DNA of 60,190 nt, filler included, from Sluysia triapertura (lineage: Eukaryota), in assembly GCA_046118255.1 (NCBI GenBank). It is 5 parts of 5 records of this genome, joined end to end, with 100 filler letters (N's around TTAATTAATTAA, not from the genome) between each part and the next. Parts side by side here need not be neighbours in the genome. Positions count along the whole stretch, not along the records: positions 1 to 11,575 come from JBJNIA010183235.1; positions 11,676 to 22,537 come from JBJNIA010192450.1; 3 more parts are not named here. One strand, 5' to 3'. Of the stretch, positions 1-13,670 are shown piece after piece; the first letter of the stretch is position 1; the number at the start of each line of letters is the position of its first letter. The notes under the pieces were generated by a model. The model saw only the letters and a list, made by a program, of their open reading frames with translations, had not been told where the DNA came from and searched no databases. The translations under genes were made by a program, and so were the position numbers.

Positions 1-285
1 ATTTCCTTATAGGTCTGGATCGCCACTCCAGTTAAATAATTTTGGATTCGTTTTATTTTTTCGGCTTCATTCCAGCCATTTGCTTCTGCTATACTTTCAT
101 ATTCGAATAAAAAATCGCAGAGATCTTCCTCTGCTCCGTCAATTTTTTCATTTCAGGTAATGCCATTATTGGACGCATTTCTCTGGCTAATTGAGCCATA
201 TATTCCTTAAAGTAATCAGGTAAAGCCATATAATTTCTTAATTTTGATCTGTAATCTTCGTAAGGTACAATTTGTTTATCTATTT
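1..285 (-). mobile_element. Ty3/gypsy-type Gag N-terminal fragment, running off the window start
   Basis: Minus strand reads MALPDYFKEYMAQLAREMRPIMALPEMKK / DGAEEDLCDFLFEYESIAEANGWNEAEKIKRIQNYLTGVAIQTYKE, the retrotransposon capsid pattern (DG..ED..DFL..YE..A..NGW....K.....YL.G.A). One apparent 1-nt frameshift in the homopolymer near 141-148. Confidence 0.65.
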
Positions 286-3200
286 TTCTTAGGACTTACT
301 TAATCTATTAATAATCAACTTAGGAAATAATAATTTTGCTTAAATTTAACTTATTCTTAATGAAATCGTAATACAATTATTTTGAAGCTTCTTAAATGCT
401 TAAATGCTTAAATCTTAATATTGATTCTCAAATTTTTCTTTAATTTTATATTGTCAATACTGATCCTTAAATTTTTCTTGAGTGCTTAATATTTATTTTT
501 ATATTATTTCAATAATGGTCCTCACTCTGAGCAGTAAATTTAAAGAATAAAATAGAATAAAGGTAGATTAAAGGTAGAATAAAGGTATATTTGCTAAGAA
601 TCTATTAAATTTAAAGTAAAATCACAGCAACATTAATGATATTAGACACTGTATTACTTTTAAAAAATTTGGAAGTAGTACTCTAATTTGGTTTGTGATG
701 GCCAGATCTATTCGACTCGGTGGTCATACGGGTACGGTTTTTCAAGCATAAAACAGTGCACAGCAATAAATAACACCAAACTAAAATAATGCATTAAGAT
801 AATCTGCATTTAATTGTTTGCCCATTACTATATCAATGTATTTAGCAGAGTACTTAGGTAAATTTTAGCAAGTGAAAAACGAATTTCTAATAAGAGAGAT
901 TTTGTTTTAACATAATCTATGCGGGCTATTTTACTCCAATCCAAGCTGAAAAGTGAGCGATTTTTGGACATTAGCGCAAAAAATAAATTTTTCAGTTTTT
1001 TATCTTATGATAATTTGCTTACTATAATTACATTTATTTATTAATTTATTAAAATATTTATTATTTATTTAATATTTATTACTATCTGCAGAACGTTTTA
1101 ACCCGTTTCCGCAAAGAATGTGTTAATATTAAATTCTGGTTTTCGATTTTGTTTAGAGTTGTGAATTTGATTTTTATTTATTTATTGAAATAAGTGTACA
1201 ACAGTTTCAAAAACTTTCAAGTGAGAATAATAGAAATATTACGTTAAAACGAAATAAGAAAAAGAAATTTTATATTCTTAAACAACTAAATAATTTTTAA
1301 GCAGTTACTATACTACTTTCTTTCTTGCTCATGGATGATAGATTTTATATGAATAAGATTTTAAAATTAAAATTATTTCTTGGAAAACCTACGTTTTTAA
1401 ATTTTTTATTTTTAAATTGTACTTTCCCCCTAAATTCTGCCACTACTTGAATCTGTTTGATATAAATAAGTTTAAATTAAAATTTAATTCATTTAAAAAT
1501 AACCTTGACATATCTATGGATGTCTTTTTTAATATTAATGTGTGGGATTGTAACATCTAAGTGACTTTCTAAATTTTGTGGCGTTTTATCTTCTGCGATC
1601 TTCTTAGTAACAGTTGACCGTTCTTTTATACTGGTTCCTCTTCTTCTTTGTAATATTACTTTATTTTCATTTAACTGGACCTTAAAATAAGATGACAGTA
1701 GGATTATTCTTATGGTTTTATTGCGTTAATTGATTAATTAGTCTTTGAAATTATGTAATTTTGCTTAAAGATAACAACCTACGATCTTAAGCGGAAAACT
1801 TAATTGTAATGAGTTCGTATGTGATCTAAAGCTTACAGCACATTGCTTGTCCACATGACTTGAGAAAATAATACTATCGAAGATATCGGAAACCTTAACA
1901 CGTATGTAAATGTGTTACCTGCATTGGCAGTAAATATAAATCAATGATGTTTTATTATGTGTTTAAAATGAAATAGTAACTGAGCTTGTACCTCTATTTA
2001 AAATGAGGTTTGAAAAGTCTCCGTATTATAGGGTTTAAAAAATAATGAATTAATAATTCATTAAATTTTTGTACAATTTTTAATTTTAAATTATTTAAAA
2101 TATTAATATTTAAATTAAACAAACTTGATAAAGTATTTCACATTTTTTCGCTAATTTTTCTACTTCATCTAAATCATTAAAGTAGCAAACATTCTTGTGA
2201 TAAACTTGTCTAATCCGGTTTCTAATCTGATCTACTTTGTGCTTACTGAAATAAATTGAATACTATTAAGTAGGATCATAAAAGTGATTATTTCAACTCA
2301 TGTTTACAACATTTTAATTTAAGTATTTAATTTTGTTTATTAATCACTTTTCACGACTAATAATATCTAAAAAGTATTCGATTTTTTTAATGAAAATGAC
2401 CTAAGCTCAACTTCAAAAATAAAGATAATTTAGAAATTTTATTCACTTAAAATATTATTGAATAAACTTTTTTACTATAGTCAAAGCAACACAATCACTT
2501 TGTAAAATGAATTTAATATTAGAATTGTTCACACAGAGCATCAGAAATTTAATGATGGATATATGGATCAGAAAGTTCTGGTTACCTAAATTAATTGGTA
2601 TTGATTCCAATGAAGTTATCGATGTATTACTTTTTCTCCTACCCAATTTAAATCAATTATCCAAAATCGGAGCTCCTGGGTTAATGTTACTGCCTTCTCT
2701 TATAAATATGTGCTACTAAATTGTATAAAAACCTTATTGGTGCTTTAAAAAGCAAGTTTACACATATTTTAGTTTTTTCCACATAATAGCTTTTAAAAAC
2801 AAAGATGTATTACGATTATCCATTTGTAAATATAAAATCATTTGTAGTGCAAAAATCTTTTTAAATATTGCTGTGGTTTCTCTTATTCTTAACCTGTAGC
2901 AAATAATTTTAACATGGTTCGGTTACAGCAAACGTTAGTAAATATTGTAAACTTTCATCACTTTGTTCTATTATTATTTATTTATTATAAGCGTGGTTTT
3001 TATCACCACAAATTTATTTGGTATCCATCTTCGTTTTATAAGTTTCATACATAATTTTTTGAATTAATATTTCAATTTAACTTTAATTGGCCATTTGGTT
3101 TTTTTAATTAGTCAACCAATAATAAATGCACATTCACAAACTTCTCTCTGTACCCCATTTCTATTTCCATTGTGCTTATCTACAAATAACTGCATCTACT

Positions 3201-4413
3201 GCTCTTCTTTTACCTCGTTTACATCGATGCATCCACATGTCCTTTATTCAAATCTATTAATAGACATCAAATGTAACGTGAATTGTCATAGAGGCAGTCA
3301 ATTCATATTTGATCGGACTTCGGCACATTCGTTACAGTATTGTTAGCCATATTTTTTGTAATTTAAAGAGATTACTTTAAAATTATTATTTTTTTAACTA
3401 AATTATCTTTATTATACTTATTACTTTTCAACAGATTACACGAATTATATAATTTAATTTCTTCTGAATATTCTTTAATTATTTATCTTTACCTATATTC
3501 CTTTTAATTCTTTTAATTTATATTTGTTGAAAGAACTCATTTCTTTTGACTGAGCTTAACGCCGGATTTATCCAATTTTGCAGCTGCTAAATCTAGCTCA
3601 TTATTTTTAGTAAAATAATTCCAATTTAATTTCTATCAAAGATAGTCGTAACTTTAATCCGACAATTTATGCAAAAACGTAAAAAAATATTAAAAACATC
3701 TGTCTTATTTTAAAAAGCGATACAATTTGCTAAATTTGAAATTTATAATTTTTTTAAGCAAATATCAAAGTACAAAAAGAGCAATGATAACCAGAACTGA
3801 GTTATCATATTTTTTATTGCATTTCATTTACGGTATGGTAATACCGCATTATATAATTTATATTTTACCACTATTACATGTCAGTTCATTAGATGCTTTA
3901 TACTTTGTTTCATCTAATGCTATTATCTTTATATTTAACTAATAGTATTAATCCTGACTTTTTATTTCGTAATACTCGAGAATTTGATCAATAATTATTT
4001 AACCCTTTTAATATAAAAATGATGACGATATTAAAGTTATTAATTCTATTTCGAGAGAGTATTTCTGTAGTGGTACACCTCGTAATTCAAAATTTTGTAC
4101 TATTCTGTCCCAACTTAAACAATCTTCATACATCAAATAAACAATCAATCACAATATATTAAATACATCTTTCATAAAACATTAATTTCAATACCTTATA
4201 ACACTTCCTACAAAAACAAAAACATCTCTCAATTCTTAAGCTTTTCTTCACCTACACAAAATTTTCTCATTCCAAAACATTTATCAACGAGATCATCATT
4301 GTCATTATTTAGCAAATTGTATCACCGTTCACAGTAGACATGTTTTTACTATATTTTTTTACGTAATCTTGATTTTGATCACATTTGTCCAAATTTAAAT
4401 GCTGTATATTGTC

Positions 4414-4615
4414 AGGTTGTCATCACAACCTTATAAAATCATTTAAAATGTTATAATAGAATTTTAAAATAATTTAAAATCACTTAAAAATCTTATTTTC
4501 CAAAAAAGAAAAATTATTTTTCGAAAAAAGAAAATTCTAGAACATTCCATCGATTTACATTGGCTGGTGATTAGTATAAAAACTAGCATCAGTTTAATGA
4601 GATTCGCCATTTTGT
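4414..4615 (-). repeat. Dispersed repeat family A, partial inverted copy with terminal hairpin
   Basis: AGGTTGTCATCACAACC and AACTAGCATCAGTT...TTCGCCATTTT match the reverse complements of segments at 45786-45802 and about 45608-45640. Confidence 0.6.
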
Positions 4616-6389
4616 AATCCACCATTTTGAAGTTTTCGCTTCATTGTTGGAAGAATTGTAAAATTTTAGTAATTGTTCACAGAAAATTCAAAATTTTGGG
4701 AAATATCCGCAAAACCACAACTATTCAAATTCTTTCCATTTTTGGGTAATTTATATATTTTTAAGTTCAATTTCAACTTTAGAAACTGAAATTATAAAAT
4801 CAACTTAAATATTTAAATTATTTGTAATTTTTAAGTTCCAATATATTGAGGGGTAATATACACTCAAATTATTATAGTTAATAGATTAAACGCTTTTGGA
4901 GCTTTAATCCTTAAAATACTTTTTTATTCATGTTGTAAAGGTGTAAAATTTTATTTTTATTTTTTATATTTTAATTATATTTAATATTTTCGAAAATTGT
5001 AAATTATTATAAAAGTATTATTATTATTTTTCTTTAAAAAATTACAAAAATTATAAATAAATTTTAATTAAAAAGAATCTAAATTATCAAAAAGAATATT
5101 CGAGAACAAGGAATTGTTTTCATGAATTAATTTTAATATACGTGTCTTTACACGTATAAGAACTATATAAAGTTTAAAAAGGAGTACAGACGCCGTTTTA
5201 ATTTACCATTTCAATAATCGTCATTTCACCACTTCTAGCCATTTTATCAGTTAGCTTCAATTATCAGTTCACTTTCTTCTAGGAAATCAACGACATTAAC
5301 GACTCAAACCAATTACAAAACTAGAATTAGATCTCGCGTATTCGATTAGAGAGATCTCAGCTCCATATCCTCTTCAATCCGATCAGTTAAGCAAATAATA
5401 GACAGTCCCCTGAACTCGAATATTCGACTATCAATTATTAAATTAGTAAGTTTACTAAATTAATTATTATAAATAATAATTAATTTAAAATTAAATAATA
5501 GGAATAATAAAGATATAATATTAATAAATATTATATTAATAAATAAATATTAGTAAAGAATAATAATAAAGAAAAATAGTATATTGAAGTATCATTTGAG
5601 GTGATAGTTAGATAATATAGAATAGTTTCAAAAACTACTAAAGCTCAATCATTAATATAAGTTTAAAAAATAATTGCTTAATAGACTTTTTGTTCATTAA
5701 CTATTTGTCAAGCATTAATTTTCAATTATCTATTCAAACGATTTCGAATCTTAAATTCATTGGGAAATTAATTTTCTAAAATATTGTAAATTATTGAAAG
5801 AAAATATTCTATACTTGCTTAATCAATCTTGTACCATTTTCTAGAAGAAAATTAGCAATCGTTAGTTTAGTATTTTATAAATAAACATTTTAAAATGCTT
5901 AATTTGAATTAATAAAGACCTTTTAATTTGGTTATTATAGTAAATGTGATTTAAGAAAGATTATTAAATTTTCCTTTTAACCTTGTGAAATATTTTGTTG
6001 CTATTATATAAAACATTATTTGTTTGAAAATAAGTTTGGTTTAAATCGATTATCACAGCTAAAATTTTATTATATATATTATATCCTGAATTTTATAAGT
6101 GTTATTCGTATAAATTACTAAAGAATTTTATTGCATTAGTACATTTGAAATACAAAATTTTAGATCTGTATAAATTATGTAATGTTATTAATCAGATGAA
6201 GTTGTCTCAATGTAATTTTTGCCTTGATTTATTGATCCCATAAAATTTTGAAATTATAACATTAAATGCAAGAAGTTTTGACACTAATTTTAATAAACTG
6301 CAAATGGTGATACGATTATCCTCATTAAAAACATCGTTACTCAGAGTTGCTTTACCCGATCCTTTTAATACTGTTGGGATTGGTGAAGG

Positions 6390-6858
6390 ATAAAGATCGA
6401 TATAAGAGTTAGGATAACAGATTAAAGTGAATGTTATTAAAGAATTATTATAAGGTATTGTGAATTGTAATGGTAAAATAAGCGTATAAAATATTTGAAT
6501 CAAAACAAAAGAATGATAAACATAAAGAAATAACTCTTTACAAGGTTTTATTTGTTAATATATTAAAGTACATTTGTTAATTAACTAAATTACGATTTCT
6601 TTAATTTGACTACTCAATAAAAATGTTTGCTTATGATATAGTGATATTAGATATAATGTATAATATTGAGTATTGCGAAGCACGTCAACATATATAACGC
6701 AAAATTTAGTTATTTTAATTAATTTGTATAATTTAAAATTAATGTTGAAGTCCCGATGTATAAGTATTAATAAAGTATATATTAAATTGATGCTTATAGA
6801 GATACTAATTCAAATATGTTGTTGAACTTGACGTGCACCGCACGGTTAACACATAACG
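6390..6858 (+). repeat. Dispersed repeat family B, copy 1 (possible non-autonomous Helitron-like element)
   Basis: Aligns in inverted orientation with 23310-23770 (e.g. TTTTGTTTTGATTCAAATATTTTATA and GACGTGCTTC). Hairpin CGTGC-ACC-GCACG at 6832-6844. Confidence 0.65.
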
Positions 6859-7689
6859 TATGATGTAAAAAATTCCTATGAGAAATGAATTTATCATTTC
6901 ATTAATTTTACCTTTAAATTAAGTTGACGAATTACATTATTAATAATATAAATAATCATAGAGATATTAATACGAATTCTGTAGTTAATAGAATAAGTTT
7001 CTATAATCTTTAATTTAATGGTATCTTCCCCATCGCGCGAAATTCTCAGACGTTTCATTAGCAACACTTGCATAATTTTCAGTTTCTCTATTCTTAAGAT
7101 TATTATTATTATCTCCTAATTCATATTCCAAGTCTATTTTATATTTCTTATATAAAATATTATATTCTTATATAATATTTTTCATTGTTTTTTGTGATTA
7201 TCACTACGATTTTTCATATGAGTTCATTTTTAATTCTTAAGTTTTCTGTAAATAGTTATGATTTTCAGAGCTATTTAATACTTTTCATGTAAAGATAAAG
7301 AAGATTATTTGTATACCCACACATTTAGCATAAATATTTTCAATTTGTACATGCTTATTAAGGAGTTGTATTACCACATCGGTGATACATATCTTAAGAT
7401 ATGTTTTATTATTGTGCAAATACATTATTTCTCCTTACGAATAACTTACTTTAATTTTCTTCTTTAAATTTTAACACTTTGCAAAATAATTTTATAAAGG
7501 TGTGTTCGTCTATAGAGAACGTGTTTTACGTTTTACGAAGAAACGAGCTTATGGGATTTAAGGTTAATTACTAAAAGTAGTCAACCATATTATATGTGAT
7601 CTACTAAATTCTTACTTTTATATGTTCCCTTTAACTAATTTATATAAAATTTCTGTACGTTTGAAATTTTAAAATTCTTAAAATTAATT

Positions 7690-7740
7690 GCACTTCCATC
7701 TCTTACATCAAAAACGAGTAGTCTTTAACATTCAGAATAA
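7690..7740 (+). repeat. Dispersed repeat family C core
   Basis: GCACTTCCATCTCTTACATCAAA recurs inverted at about 28610-28632 and partly at 55640-55654. Confidence 0.55.
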
Positions 7741-7829
7741 CCTTGACAAAGGTCAGTAATAAATAATATAGTAAAAGTTAGACGTAAATCTAAAATCAGA
7801 ATTTCAAAATAATAATACAATATTAATAA

Positions 7830-7877
7830 CATTATTATTATTATTATATTATTATTATTGTTATTATTATTATTATT
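7830..7877. repeat. (ATT)n microsatellite, imperfect
   Basis: Directly visible. Confidence 0.9.
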
Positions 7878-8044
7878 TGCAATCATACAAAATTATAGCT
7901 TCTTAATTATAATTTATATGCTTCGTCTTTTATTTATTGACTTAAGAAATAAAAGCAATAAATATAGTAAAGTATAATTGCATTATTAAAGATAAATAAT
8001 AATTCATTTAAAATTAATCTTTTTTGATCATTGTTTGTATTTAG

Positions 8045-8229
8045 GTGATGCATTGGATGATGTATGGATGACGGTAATTGTATGTTGTTACTTGGAAGTG
8101 AAGCAGCAGAAAGATAAAGGTAAATGGGCTCTTGTTGTTCAGAAAGCAAAAGATTGGGTTGTGAAAATGTTGCAAGATTACGAAGATAAATATCACGATA
8201 TGGAAAGCATAGTCAAGAATATTTTATAA
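8045..8229 (+). CDS. Terminal exon of a VWA5A-like (VIT/vWA domain protein) gene
   Basis: TTTAG acceptor at 8040-8044, then DALDDVWMTVIVCCYLEVKQQKDKGKWALVVQKAKDWVVKML...NIL*. Resembles the VWA5A C-terminal motif W.T.....L.....W.L...KA..W. Upstream exons not identified. Confidence 0.55.
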
Positions 8230-8639
8230 ACACTTAAAGCTTGGATTTGACTTTGTAGAATTAATTTTCAATTATTTCTTTATGATTTGGTAATATACTT
8301 AATTTTTAAAATATTTTTCTTTGATTCTTAAAGAATTGCGATATCAAGTAAATTATATCTTACTAATTACAATCATTATAATATTTCATAAATTTTTTTA
8401 AAATTATCTTATGAAATTATGTTAAACAAGATTATACAAGATGATTGTACAAACTAATTAGGAAAGTTTATGAAATAAATATGAGAACAAATTTAGTGAT
8501 GAAAGTTTACTAGTTCTGAAACGGGTTCTTTCATAAACTATAAATATATAAATATAATGAACAATTTGTACATTCTTCTAAAGGTGATGATGCGATTAAA
8601 GCATACGAAAATGTAGAATTTATTTTTTCATTGAATTAT

Positions 8640-8712
8640 ACACATTTATTTCTTACTTTGTCAATGACTATGCGTGAGCGAACATTTTCTGCAGCTATAA
8701 TCGTAATAAACA
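8640..8712 (+). mobile_element. hAT-like transposase C-terminal (dimerisation) fragment
   Basis: LFLTLSMTMRERTFSAAIIV resembles hAT LTLPVT...ERSFS. Short and degraded. Confidence 0.35.
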
Positions 8713-9298
8713 TTAATTGTAGTAAACATTTAATAACATAATTTATTAGTATTATTTATATTTTTTACAAATGTTATGTTTAAAAATAAATTCAACCTTG
8801 TTTATTTGTTTAATTTGTTGTTTACAAAAGGCCTGAAGCCTACTTTATTAATTGTTTCAAGGTTCTATTTAACTTGTTTTTCGTTAACTAGATTTTTCAA
8901 CTTTTCTAATATAAATTTTAAAACACAAAAAATAAAGTTATATATTTTTAATAATTTTTTAAAATCCAAATTGAAAAAGCCCTCTCCACACTTCTGCTTT
9001 ATTCACTAATGTATTCTGTAGTGGTTCAAACCTATTCACAACTAAGCAAAACAGCACGCTTTCAACAAAAATATCGCATGCAGATAACAATACAAACATT
9101 AAAGACATTAACAATTAAACAAATAAAATCGTAAAACTCGAAAATAATCAAAATAACTATGAAATTTCTATTTAATTCAACCCGTTTTTTTCTATGTTTT
9201 CCTACTTTTCTTTATGCGCTTTGTTCTTATTATAAGACTTACTGTAATTCCTTAACTTTCTACCACAACTCTTTTTCCTTTCAGCTTAAGAACAAAAA

Positions 9299-10870
9299 AT
9301 GTCAAATGAAATTACTTGGCGCAGATCTTATCTGAAAGATGTTGATGAACGTTTTAAATTTGTCATTCCACAGTAAACTTAAATATCCACTAATAGGTAT
9401 ACTTTTATGTCGTTAGTGTCTAAATTTTATCATCAATAATTACTTAGTCTGAAATAATGAAAATTGTCCTAATTGTTATAGGATAACATTGAAATCGAAG
9501 GAAAATTTACCAATATATTTAACTGAAGATTTGGAAATAGTTACGGAAATAACTAAAACTAAAATACTTTGTCCTAATAATTGTATGGAAATTGATTTAC
9601 TTTTAACGGAACTAGAATGAGCCTAAATGTACTTGAGACGTAAAGAAAATTCAACTCTAAATGGAAGTAGTGCAGATTTAAACATAGTAATTTAATTGAA
9701 AGTCTAAATAAAATCGATCTACAAGAAATGCAGGTCACTTGTCACCAAGATTTGTGCTAGCATCCAACATCTACTACTGTGATCAGTCATAGTAATTATT
9801 CAGCTATAAACAAACTCAGTGATAACTATTCAGTGATAAACAAACTCTTAATTAAACAATCGGTTTTGGAAAAATATGAATTAAAACACACAATGTGTCA
9901 ACTTTGTTAGACAAGGTTGTCAAACCGAATTATGGTAATATTGTTAAGGTAAGAAAATTTCCTGATGTTGAAGATGATGCTGTTGGAGCTGATGGTGCTT
10001 TTATTAAAAAATACAAGTAACTTTTGCATCATTTCTACTATTAATAAAAGCTAAACGTGAATGAAGATTTTATTAATCGAAATTTTGCTTTACTTCTTAC
10101 AGTACTATCATCATTTTTCATGGATTATATTAAAGAAACTGCAGAATATCCTTTAAGTAGATTATTGAGTGACATTGGTGATGCGTTGGTTTATGAGTAG
10201 GAGCTAATCTTACAACAATATTTGAATTTTTTAGATTTATTTATGGATTTAAACGATGTTTTGAGAATTCGACAACAAATAAGATACAAAACAGATACTG
10301 GAAAGAAAAAGACTAATTCAGTGTCAAATAATAACAATGACAAAGATGGAATACAAGAAGATTTAATATTTGGAAATTTAGAAAATATGATGAGACGTAT
10401 ACAAACTGATTAGATGAAACACCGAAAATAGCGAAAATAAACCAAATAATACTAGTTCTCTACATTATCAAACGTTAGCCCGTATTTCAGATTAAATTCA
10501 TCAAATGATCTGATATTCAAATATCTGAATTTTAAAAGAGAATCTTTATTAAACTCAAGTAATAATAATAATTATAATAATAAAATTTTACAAACATTTT
10601 AACTTATGGCATCGTAGGATGTTCGAAAGCAAAAATTTTAATATATAAAGCCTATTAAAATTGTAAAGATCCCAAAAATAATAGTTGAATACACAACAAA
10701 ATTTGATTGTTTCAAATAAATAGAAAGAGATTAATTAAATATGTCTGCTGCTAAATATAAATCATTTAAAGATAATGTCATCGACAATGTCAACAATGCA
10801 AATAATTTTGATGATGGGGATAATGCGTGCTACGTAAATAACATGCTTAGACTTAACTATTCTTGTAAAG
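9299..10870 (+). pseudogene. Degraded coding remnant of unknown identity
   Basis: Starts ATG MSNEITWRRSYLKDVDERFKFVIPQ*. Later protein-like stretches include VSTLLDKVVKPNYGNIVKVRKFPDVEDDAVGADGAFIKKYK* and FMDYIKETAEYPLSRLLSDIGDALVYE*ELILQQYLNFLDLFMDLNDVLRIRQQ, broken by stops and frameshifts. Confidence 0.35.
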
Positions 10871-10879
10871 ATAATGTAA

Positions 10880-11460
10880 GAAAAGAATTGTATCTGTAAA
10901 TATAATAATTTGTGTAAATTTAATAATAATTTGTGTAAAATCTGTAAATATAATAATTTGTGTAAATTTAAAAAAAATAATAAATAAAAGAATTGTATCT
11001 GTAAATATAATAATTGAAATAATTGTGTAAATTTAAAATAATAATAATTGTAATCTAATAAATTGAAAATATTATGATTTAATAATAATTAATAATTCTG
11101 AATCAGTTAATTTAATGTTTATATTTATAATCAAAGTTAATTTAATGTTTATATTTATTTAATAATCAAAAGGTTAATATAATTATTCTACGGATATTAA
11201 ATGTATAATTATTTAATAATCAAAGGTTAATATGGTTGTTCTGCGGATGTTGAATGTTTATGTTTGCATTAAATGATTTTATTTGACAGAATAGTTGGAC
11301 GTAGACAGACATTTTTAAAATCGGATATTTGTTTTACAAACTGCTGATATTTTGACTGTTATACACTGTTCCTAAAATATTTATTTTACAAACTACTGAT
11401 ATTTTGACTATTGTACACTATTCCTAAAATCGGATGTGCAAACTACGGATATTTTAAGAT
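10880..11460. repeat. Cluster of short imperfect tandem duplications
   Basis: Repeated ATCTGTAAATATAATAATT, GTTAATTTAATGTTTATATTTA, TAATAATCAAA(A)GGTTAATAT and TTTTACAAACTRCTGATATTTTGACTRTTRTACACTRTTCCTAAAAT units. Confidence 0.75.
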
Positions 11461-11575
11461 ATTTATTTTAATTATTATACAAGCGGATATGCAAAAAGTA
11501 TAAAAAGACCTGAGAATTGTAAAAAGGTCAGAACTTAATTATATTTTTGGACAAAAGTGTTTTGGAATAATTCGA

Positions 11576-11675
11576 NNNNNNNNNNNNNNNNNNNNNNNNN
11601 NNNNNNNNNNNNNNNNNNNTTAATTAATTAANNNNNNNNNNNNNNNNNNNNNNNNNNNNNNNNNNNNNNNNNNNN
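11576..11675. other. Assembly gap with artificial linker
   Basis: 44 N + TTAATTAATTAA + 44 N. Confidence 0.95.
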
Positions 11676-13604
11676 ATTTATATCTTCTGGTTGTAGTTTT
11701 GTGATAATATAACGAATATATCGAGATTTTGAGTTTATTTATTTATTGAGTTATAATCTAATAATCTGGGAAAATAAAAGTGATAAAAGACACAACAAAT
11801 TAATTAATTAATTTAATTAAAATTATCAAATTAAACATTGCAATATGGCTGCCTCAGTGAAAATATGGGTATAAATAGTTACACTTTCGCTGAGATTTCA
11901 ACAAAACAACGAAATTTTAACAAAATTTTATCATCTATCAATATTCATTTGGTCATTTATAAATCCATGAGTACAAGTAATTCTTTTTTATTTAAGATTT
12001 GAATTCTTACCTTAGTAAAGAAGAATAAAAATATAGGTAAAATCTTTAAATTGTATACAAAACCTTAATTAGGTTTGTTTAATTTAATTTTTAAATTGGA
12101 CATAGTTACTAAGAAAGTTCCCCTTCTTAAGTGACTTTTTAAATTCGATATTGTTGTTATACTATTGTTACTAAACTTTTGTGTAATTTTAATACGTTTA
12201 GGTTAATTTTAAACCTTTGTTGTATCCCTTTGTTGTCTTATAAATCTAAACGATTATTGATTTGCTAGACCATAACCGGCTAGCTTAATTGTTTTTGAAA
12301 CTAGACCGTAATTTGGCTAGTTAAATTTATTGAATTTATGTTTTTCAAACTAGTTGAATTAATCTTTACTAAGCGTAGTGTGACGCTTCGACTATTATAC
12401 TAACCTATTATTCTTTCTAAGTACTTTAAAATCCGAATATACCTCTTTCGGCCAGATATAAGATGTCTCTTACTAGGTGAACTCTTCTCCAGATAAAACT
12501 ATTTTGCAAAAGTTTAGTATAAAATAATTCAGCACTTTATTATGTTTTGCCCATCGCTTTAAATCACTTTTTCCGCATTTTCAATTCTACGTATTCCTTA
12601 GTCGTTTCTTACTCAACAGATGGTTTGTTCCAACGTATAATTGGTGCAAATTAAAAAATTTTGCAATATATTATAAAACAAATAGTAATAGAGCATTTAA
12701 TTGTGAGCAAGAAGTTCGATCATTTTATATTGTATTTTGTAACTGCTAATTATCTATTGAAATACGAAAATAGACAAAAGTAAATTTCAAAATTTAATTA
12801 TAACTGCATAAATTGTTACAAATGCTGACTTTTCTTATTTTTAAATCAACGGTAAAAAAATTAAGCAGGGTTCTTAGAACTTGCAATATTCAGACTGTCT
12901 ACTTAACATGTTTAGGTGATATTCCTGAATGAATTCATCTGTTCTATTACTATTAAGTTTAAAATTTTTTAAAGTAATTTATTTTCAAAAATATTTACCT
13001 ATTATCTACTTATTTCAATAAAATTATATTATTAATTCCACAACCCAACACAAAATTAAATGCCTTCTTAGCTCCAGTTGTGTTAATTGAAAAGATCAAA
13101 CATTTGTTGAGTAAATAAATAATTGCAGTACAGAAATTATCTTAAACAAGTGCTGTTTGTAAAATCAATAAAAGGCTCTTTAATGTGACTGATGAATTTG
13201 CCATTCCAAATCACAAAATTAACAATCACATTAGCAATAATTATTAATTTAATTTATACACAGGAAATGCATTCCATAAATTGCAGTAACATAAATATAA
13301 AATATTTCAATGATTTTTGATAAATATAAAATTACGTTAACTAAACTTTCACCGATCTTCGTTGAAAGACAGAGTGCAACCCACAATAGTGTGTACTACC
13401 ATTTAAATACATTATTTGTATTCAAAAAATTAAAATTATTTAGCATTACTATAAACGAATAGTAACTGAAGTGGCTTTGAAAGTCCAATTTAATACAAAT
13501 ATAAAAATAAAAAATATAATAAATCTTTATTATATTTTCGATAAATCAAGCTGAGTAAAATAAGCTTAATGAAATAAAAGTTAGCAAGACTGAATTCAAT
13601 TAAT

Positions 13605-13611
13605 AATTAAT

Positions 13612-13666
<55 letters not shown>
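13605..13666. repeat. (AAT)n microsatellite
   Basis: Directly visible. Confidence 0.95.

Positions 13667-13670
<4 letters not shown>

Noticed and set aside
2110-3350. Minus-strand coding-like remnant (MANNTVTNVPK...; FNDLDEVEKLAKKCE), vaguely gag-like
   Set aside because: Too degraded to assign; no diagnostic motif.
10880-11460. Possible CRISPR-like repeats (also 46445-46730 and 55526-55590)
   Set aside because: These are tandem duplications without unique spacers; no cas genes; eukaryotic context.
11620-11631. Palindromic TTAATTAATTAA recurring at four loci (also in the gaps at 22538, 36058 and 49232)
   Set aside because: Always centred in exactly 100-nt N blocks and gives stops in all six frames, so it is an assembly linker. 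Contiguity across these gaps is uncertain.
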